Shown here in pieces: positions 55,947 through 64,000 of a DNA stretch of 64,000 bases (positions are counted from its first letter, which is position 1; every line of letters begins with the position of its first letter). Position numbers and translations under genes: made by a program. Origin of the DNA: Flavobacteriales bacterium (GTDB taxonomy: Bacteria; Bacteroidota; Bacteroidia; Flavobacteriales_F; PHOS-HE28). The stretch is taken from positions 20,578 to 84,577 of the forward strand of contig JAEUSV010000031.1 in assembly GCA_016788485.1 (NCBI GenBank), in the 5' to 3' direction. Below the pieces are notes generated by a model. The model saw only the letters and a program-made list of their open reading frames with translations. It was not told the origin of the DNA and did not search any database.

Positions 55947-56797
55947 GCCTGCGCGGACATGATGAGCAGCAGCGCGAGCACCGATGCGGCGATCCCCGCG
56001 AGGTGCACGGGACGGGGACGCTCCTTGAACAACGCCATGCTCGCCACCGATCCGAAGAGGATCACGCCGATGTTCATCAGCGGGAACACGCTGCTGCTCG
56101 GTAGCCCGCTGTTGGCGAGCGCTTTCACCACGAAGTAGAGGCTGCCGTAGTTGACCGCGCCGAGCACCACCCCGCCGATCCACGTGCGCGGGTCGCTGAA
56201 GGCCTTCTGCTCGCGGCGCACGTATACCCACACGAGCCCGAGCACGCCCGCGAAGCCGAACACCACGGTGGGGAACACGGCTTCCGTTAGTGGTGTGGTG
56301 CGCGTGCGTTGGGTGACGTTGATGCCGATGTCGATGGCGGCGTTGCCGAAGAAGAGCAGCACGGGCAGCAGCCATGCGCTCCCACGTGCCCGGCCATCAC
56401 CGCCCCAGGAGCTCAGCACCACGCCGACCAGGGCCAGCACGATGCCCGCCCAGCCCAGCGGCCCCTGGCGCTCCTTGAACACGAGCACGCTGAAGAGCAC
56501 GGTGAGCACGAGGCTCATCTTGCTGGCGACCGTGGTGGGCGCTACGCCGGCGCGCTGCGCGGAGAAGCCGGTGAGGTAGAAGACGGAGATGAACAGGAAG
56601 CTCAGGAGCAACGAGGGCGTCCACAGCAGCGACAGGTCGCCCGCTGCCCAGGGGCGCGAGATCACCAGGCCGCACACGAAGGCGGTGGCGTAGTTCACCA
56701 CGATGGCCGGCAGCAGCGGGATCGCGCGCAGCTCGAACACCTTGAAGAGCACGAAGAGCGTGGCCACGAAGAGCGCGGCGAGGATCACCAGGTCCAT
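55943..56797 (-). CDS. DMT/EamA family transporter
   Basis: About 10 TM in two repeats, each ending FKER. Confidence 0.85.
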   Translation of the reverse strand: MDLVILAALFVATLFVLFKVFELRAIPLLPAIVVNYATAFVCGLVISRPWAAGDLSLLWTPSLLLSFLFISVFYLTGFSAQRAGVAPTTVASKMSLVLTVLFSVLVFKERQGPLGWAGIVLALVGVVLSSWGGDGRARGSAWLLPVLLFFGNAAIDIGINVTQRTRTTPLTEAVFPTVVFGFAGVLGLVWVYVRREQKAFSDPRTWIGGVVLGAVNYGSLYFVVKALANSGLPSSSVFPLMNIGVILFGSVASMALFKERPRPVHLAGIAASVLALLLIMSAQA

Positions 56798-57843
56798 GCA
56801 GGGTCGGGCGTGTGTCCGTTGAGGTGGAACGTGATGCGGTCGGGCCCGGAGGCCAGTTCACGCACCGGGGCATGCGGGACATCGGGAGCGGGTGTGCCCC
56901 GGCCGAACACCGGCGTTCCGGTGATCACACGGGCCTCGTCCCACAGACCGGCCCGCAGGAAATGACCGAGCAGTTCGGCTCCGCCCTCCACCAGCACGGA
57001 GCGCATGTTCCTGCGGTGCAGCTCGGCGAGCACCTGGGGAAGCACATCGGCCGTTGGGTCGAGCGCGCACTGCTCACCGCCGATGTCCTCGCGCGGCTTC
57101 GTCGTGAAGAGCAGGGTGGGCGCAGCGGCATCGAATATCCTTGAACCCCGCGGAGCCAGGCCGCCGCGGTCGATCACCACGCGAAGCGGCTGGCGACCCT
57201 CCACCAGGCGGACGGTGAGCTGCGGGTCGTCGTTCACCACGGTGCGGCTGCCCACCAGGATCGCCTGTTCCTCGCTGCGCCAAAGGTGCACGCGCACATC
57301 GGTGGCCGGCGCACTGATGCGTTGCACGCCCCGTTCCCCGCGGGGATGTCGGTCGAGGAAGCCGTCGGCCGAGCGCGCCCACTTGAGCACGATGTACGGG
57401 CGCTGCCGTTCCACGCTGGTGAGGAAGCGGCGGTTCGTCCAGCGCGCCTCGCCCGCGCCAAGGCCCACGTCCACCTGCAGACCGGCCGCGCGCAGCTTCG
57501 CGATGCCGCGCCCGGCCACCTGTGGGAACGGGTCCTCGTGCGCCACCACCACCTGCTTCACCCCGCGCGCGATCAGCAGGTCGGCGCAGGGCGGTGTGCG
57601 ACCATGGTGGGCGCAGGGCTCGAGGCTCACGAACATCACCGCATCCGCCGGAACGGGGCCATCCCCGAACGCGCGGAGGCATTCCACTTCGGCATGGGGC
57701 TGTCCGGCCGCATGGTGCCAGCCTTCCGCCAGCACGCGGTCGCCCTGCACGAGCACCGCGCCCACCATGGGGTTCGGTGCTGCGCCGGCCGCCCCCAGGC
57801 GGGCCAGCTGCAGGCAGCGTTGCATCCAGTGCGTTCGGTCCAT
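56785..57843 (-). CDS. ribD: Riboflavin biosynthesis deaminase/reductase RibD
   Basis: PNPMVGAV, PHAE, LEPCAHHGRTPPC, LKWA.S.DG, VEGG. Confidence 0.96.
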   Translation of the reverse strand: MDRTHWMQRCLQLARLGAAGAAPNPMVGAVLVQGDRVLAEGWHHAAGQPHAEVECLRAFGDGPVPADAVMFVSLEPCAHHGRTPPCADLLIARGVKQVVVAHEDPFPQVAGRGIAKLRAAGLQVDVGLGAGEARWTNRRFLTSVERQRPYIVLKWARSADGFLDRHPRGERGVQRISAPATDVRVHLWRSEEQAILVGSRTVVNDDPQLTVRLVEGRQPLRVVIDRGGLAPRGSRIFDAAAPTLLFTTKPREDIGGEQCALDPTADVLPQVLAELHRRNMRSVLVEGGAELLGHFLRAGLWDEARVITGTPVFGRGTPAPDVPHAPVRELASGPDRITFHLNGHTPDPAWTW

Positions 57844-57900
57844 GCGGCGGGCTGCGAAGATGCGAAGCCCCGGGGCCATCTTTGCCCCGAAGGGCATTCC

Positions 57901-61365
<3,465 letters not shown>

Positions 61366-61398
61366 GCGAACTTCGCCGAAGCATTCGGCACAAGCAAC

Positions 61399-62292
61399 AT
61401 GGACGATCGTTTCCGCGGCCTCGGCGTGGCCCTTGTAACGCCCTTCCGCCCCAATGGCGCCATCGACTACGCAGGCCTGGAGAAGCTCATCGAGCACCAG
61501 ATCGCCGGCGGTGTGGACTACGTGGTGAGCATGGGCACCACCGGTGAGAGCGTCACCCTCACCAAGGCCGAGAAGAAGGAGCTTCTGGCGCAGACCATCG
61601 GCTTCGTGCGCAACCGGGTGCCCGTGGTGCTGGGCGTGGGCGGCAACAACACCGTGGAGGTGGTCGAGGCGCTCAACTCCTTCGACATGGACGGCGTGGA
61701 CGCCATCCTCAGCGTGAGCCCCTACTACAACAAGCCCACGCAGGAAGGCATCTACCAGCACTACAAGGCCATCGCCCAGGTGGCCCTGCGGCCCATCATC
61801 CTGTACAACGTGCCCGGCCGCACCGGCAGCAACATGACCGCCGACACCACCTTGCGGCTGGCGAAGGACTTCAAGAACATCATCGCCATCAAGGAGGCCA
61901 GCGCCAACCTCGACCAGATGGGCCGCATCCTGAAGCACAAGCCGAAGGACTTCATGCTCATCAGTGGCGACGACGGGCTCACCCTGCCCATCATCGCCCT
62001 GGGCGGCGTGGGCGTGATCAGCGTGGTGGGCAATGCGCTGCCGGAGGAGTTCAGCTTGCTGGTGAACGCCGCGCTCAAGGGCGACCTGGAGACGGCGCGC
62101 CGCGAGCACCTGCGCCTCATCGAGGTGATCGACCTGCTCTTCGCCGAGGGCAACCCCGGTGGCATCAAGCACGCGCTGAAGGTCCTCGGCATCTGCGGCG
62201 ACACCATGCGCCTGCCGCTGGTGAACATCAGCGAGGCCACCGCCAACAAGCTCTACCATGCCCTGGCGGATGCGGAGGTGGTGAAGCTATAG
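61399..62292 (+). CDS. dapA: 4-hydroxy-tetrahydrodipicolinate synthase
   Basis: ALVTPF, GTTGE, PYYNKP, YNVPGRT, IKEA, SGDD. Confidence 0.97.
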   Translation: MDDRFRGLGVALVTPFRPNGAIDYAGLEKLIEHQIAGGVDYVVSMGTTGESVTLTKAEKKELLAQTIGFVRNRVPVVLGVGGNNTVEVVEALNSFDMDGVDAILSVSPYYNKPTQEGIYQHYKAIAQVALRPIILYNVPGRTGSNMTADTTLRLAKDFKNIIAIKEASANLDQMGRILKHKPKDFMLISGDDGLTLPIIALGGVGVISVVGNALPEEFSLLVNAALKGDLETARREHLRLIEVIDLLFAEGNPGGIKHALKVLGICGDTMRLPLVNISEATANKLYHALADAEVVKL

Positions 62293-62323
62293 AGCATTGG
62301 CAAGGGTCAACTCGGGGCCAGGT

Positions 62324-62647
62324 ATGGTCGAAAGGAACAAGTACACTGATCAGATCCTGCGATACGCGGGGGAGAGAGAGCCAGGTATCGACGCGAACGC
62401 TCCGGTGTTGTCCTTTACTGCCTTGCCTTGGAGCGAAGAGCTGATGGAACGTGTTCTTCAATTCTTGGCCGCAGCTGATTTCGCGGAAGTACGATCACTA
62501 AGTTCGGACAAGCCTGCATCAACGACCGGGTGCCGTGAGGACCTGAACCTGCTTGAGGTGATCGACCGTTATGGCAATGTTCGTTGGATCGTAGTCAATG
62601 ATAGCGATGAGTTGTGGCAGGACCCTGAGGTGCTCGTAGTTGTGTAA
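62324..62647 (+). CDS. Small acidic hypothetical protein with atypical (lower GC) composition
   Basis: Only ORF filling the dapA-exonuclease gap; many A/T-ending codons. Confidence 0.5.
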   Translation: MVERNKYTDQILRYAGEREPGIDANAPVLSFTALPWSEELMERVLQFLAAADFAEVRSLSSDKPASTTGCREDLNLLEVIDRYGNVRWIVVNDSDELWQDPEVLVVV

Positions 62648-62665
62648 CGTTCGACAATTGAACCC

Positions 62666-63271
62666 ATGGACTTCCTCGCCCTCGACTTCGAGACGGCCAC
62701 GCCGCAGCCCGACAGTCCGTGCGAGCTGGGCATCGCGGTGGTGCGGGGCGGGGTGGTGCGCGAGGTGCGCAACTGGCTCATCAAGCCGCGGCAGTGGCCC
62801 TACTTCAGCCCGTTCAACGTGGCGGTGCACGGCATCAGGCCCGAGGAGGTGGCGGACGCACCGCGTTGGGAGGCCGTGTGGGAGGAGGCCCTTCCGCTGC
62901 TCCACGGGAACACTGTGGTGGCGCACAACGCCGCCTTCGACATGGGCGTGATCCGGGCCACCCTGGCCAGCCACGGCCTGCCGCACCCCACCTTCCAGTA
63001 CTTCTGCAGCGTGAGCATGGCGCGTCGCGTGTGGCCCGGCCGCACCTCGTACAACCTGAAGGCCCTCTGCGATGCGCACGACATCCCGCTGAAGCACCAC
63101 CGTGCCGGCAACGACGCCGAGGCCACGGCCGAACTGGTGCTCCGCGCGGCCGAGCGCTTCCCCAGCATCACCGCGTTCCTCTCGAAGGCCCAGGTGAAGG
63201 TGGGCGCCTTCTACCCGAAGGGCCATCGCACACCCGGCGGAAAGGTCACGGCCGTGGAGGCCTGGCGCTGA
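62666..63271 (+). CDS. DEDDh 3'-5' exonuclease (Pol III epsilon-like)
   Basis: LDFET, AHNAAFD, HHRAGNDA. Confidence 0.93.
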   Translation: MDFLALDFETATPQPDSPCELGIAVVRGGVVREVRNWLIKPRQWPYFSPFNVAVHGIRPEEVADAPRWEAVWEEALPLLHGNTVVAHNAAFDMGVIRATLASHGLPHPTFQYFCSVSMARRVWPGRTSYNLKALCDAHDIPLKHHRAGNDAEATAELVLRAAERFPSITAFLSKAQVKVGAFYPKGHRTPGGKVTAVEAWR

Positions 63272-63272
63272 G

Positions 63273-64000
63273 CTACTGCTTCACGAAACGCAGGGCCGTG
63301 GCGGCTTCGCCGCGGAGCCGCAGGGTGTAGAGCCCCGCGTGGAGGCCGGACAGGTCGAGGCCCGCACCGGTCCAGCGCACGGGCACCGCTCGACCGGCGG
63401 CATCGCGGAGCTCAACGTCGTTCGCGCTCGAACCCGCCGGCAGTTGGACCGTGAGCACATCGCTGGCCGGGTTGGGGAACACCTTCAGGCCTTCGGTCGC
63501 ATCGGACTCGTTCACGGCCGTGGTGCACGGGAGCTGTTCGATGAGCTGCCAGATCTCGTTGTTGAAGATGGTGGCCACGGAGAGCGAGCCGTAGGCCTCG
63601 TTGCCCATGCGCACCACCACCATGTTGCGGCTTGGCACCACGTTGAGCAGCTGGTCGTTCTTCCCCAACCCGCTGATCATGTCAGGAGGGGCGTCGGGCA
63701 TGAGCATGCCTGGGAACACGAACTGGAGATCGGGCACCATGAAGCTCGGCTGGCCGTTCAACCACCACAGGTAACCGTAGCTGTCGTTGAGGTTCTGCGA
63801 GGGCGTGGTCATCGCCGTGAAGAAGGCCGTGTCGTGCAGGATGGTGTCGTTGGCCCATACCCCCCGGTTCAGCGCCAGCAGGCCGTAACGCGCCATGCTG
63901 CGGGCCCGGCTGTAGTACACGTTGTTGTACGGGGAGCCACCGGGGAACCAGAACCCGTCCATGCCCACCTTGTTGCGGATCCGCGTGTTGAAGTAGTTGC
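63273..64000 (-). CDS. Serine hydrolase (beta-lactamase family) with T9SS type A CTD, 5' part outside window
   Basis: RSMARYG.L.LN.G.W, YGYLWWLN, GKNDQ...VPS..MVVVR.G; VFPNPA..GLY CTD. Confidence 0.85.
   Translation of the reverse strand, partial: NYFNTRIRNKVGMDGFWFPGGSPYNNVYYSRARSMARYGLLALNRGVWANDTILHDTAFFTAMTTPSQNLNDSYGYLWWLNGQPSFMVPDLQFVFPGMLMPDAPPDMISGLGKNDQLLNVVPSRNMVVVRMGNEAYGSLSVATIFNNEIWQLIEQLPCTTAVNESDATEGLKVFPNPASDVLTVQLPAGSSANDVELRDAAGRAVPVRWTGAGLDLSGLHAGLYTLRLRGEAATALRFVKQ

Noticed and set aside
57844-57900. FMN riboswitch ahead of ribD (or ribH)
   Set aside because: Only 57 bp (16 bp for ribH) of intergenic space, occupied by divergent -7-like elements; no RFN consensus.

Overview
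GC-rich (roughly two-thirds G+C by eye) chromosomal window from a Bacteroidota genome, probably Flavobacteriales-like. The assignment is an inference from type IX secretion (T9SS) cargo, a PorP/SprF protein, TAnnTTTG-type promoters and the ribH-TPR/recF-DUF721-ndk-DHH-FKBP gene order. About 60 CDS are supported. Core genes include dnaA, recF, ligA, ftsK, lolA, ffh, argS, acs, folD, ribD, ribH, ndk, prmC, dapA, kup and an arginase-CtlX pair. They are interleaved with surface/secreted proteins: six type-A-CTD T9SS cargos and one 1837-aa type-B-CTD adhesin with its PorP partner. I saw no rRNA, tRNA, CRISPR, transposase, integrase, phage or recognisable defence system. Best leads: (1) a shared direct-repeat motif (G[AT]TC[GC]GTCGAA / TTCGTCGA, 21-bp period) upstream of several secreted-protein genes, suggesting a LytTR-like regulon; (2) a tandem pair of T9SS proteins with a conserved stalk and a divergent lectin-like head; (3) an uncharacterised lipoprotein + secreted-protein pair inserted between ndk and the DHH gene; (4) a structured 5' leader on kup; (5) two hypothetical proteins with cryptic cysteine-peptidase motifs; (6) a G-quadruplex motif abutting the recF promoter. 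All protein calls come from motif recognition by eye, not database searches.
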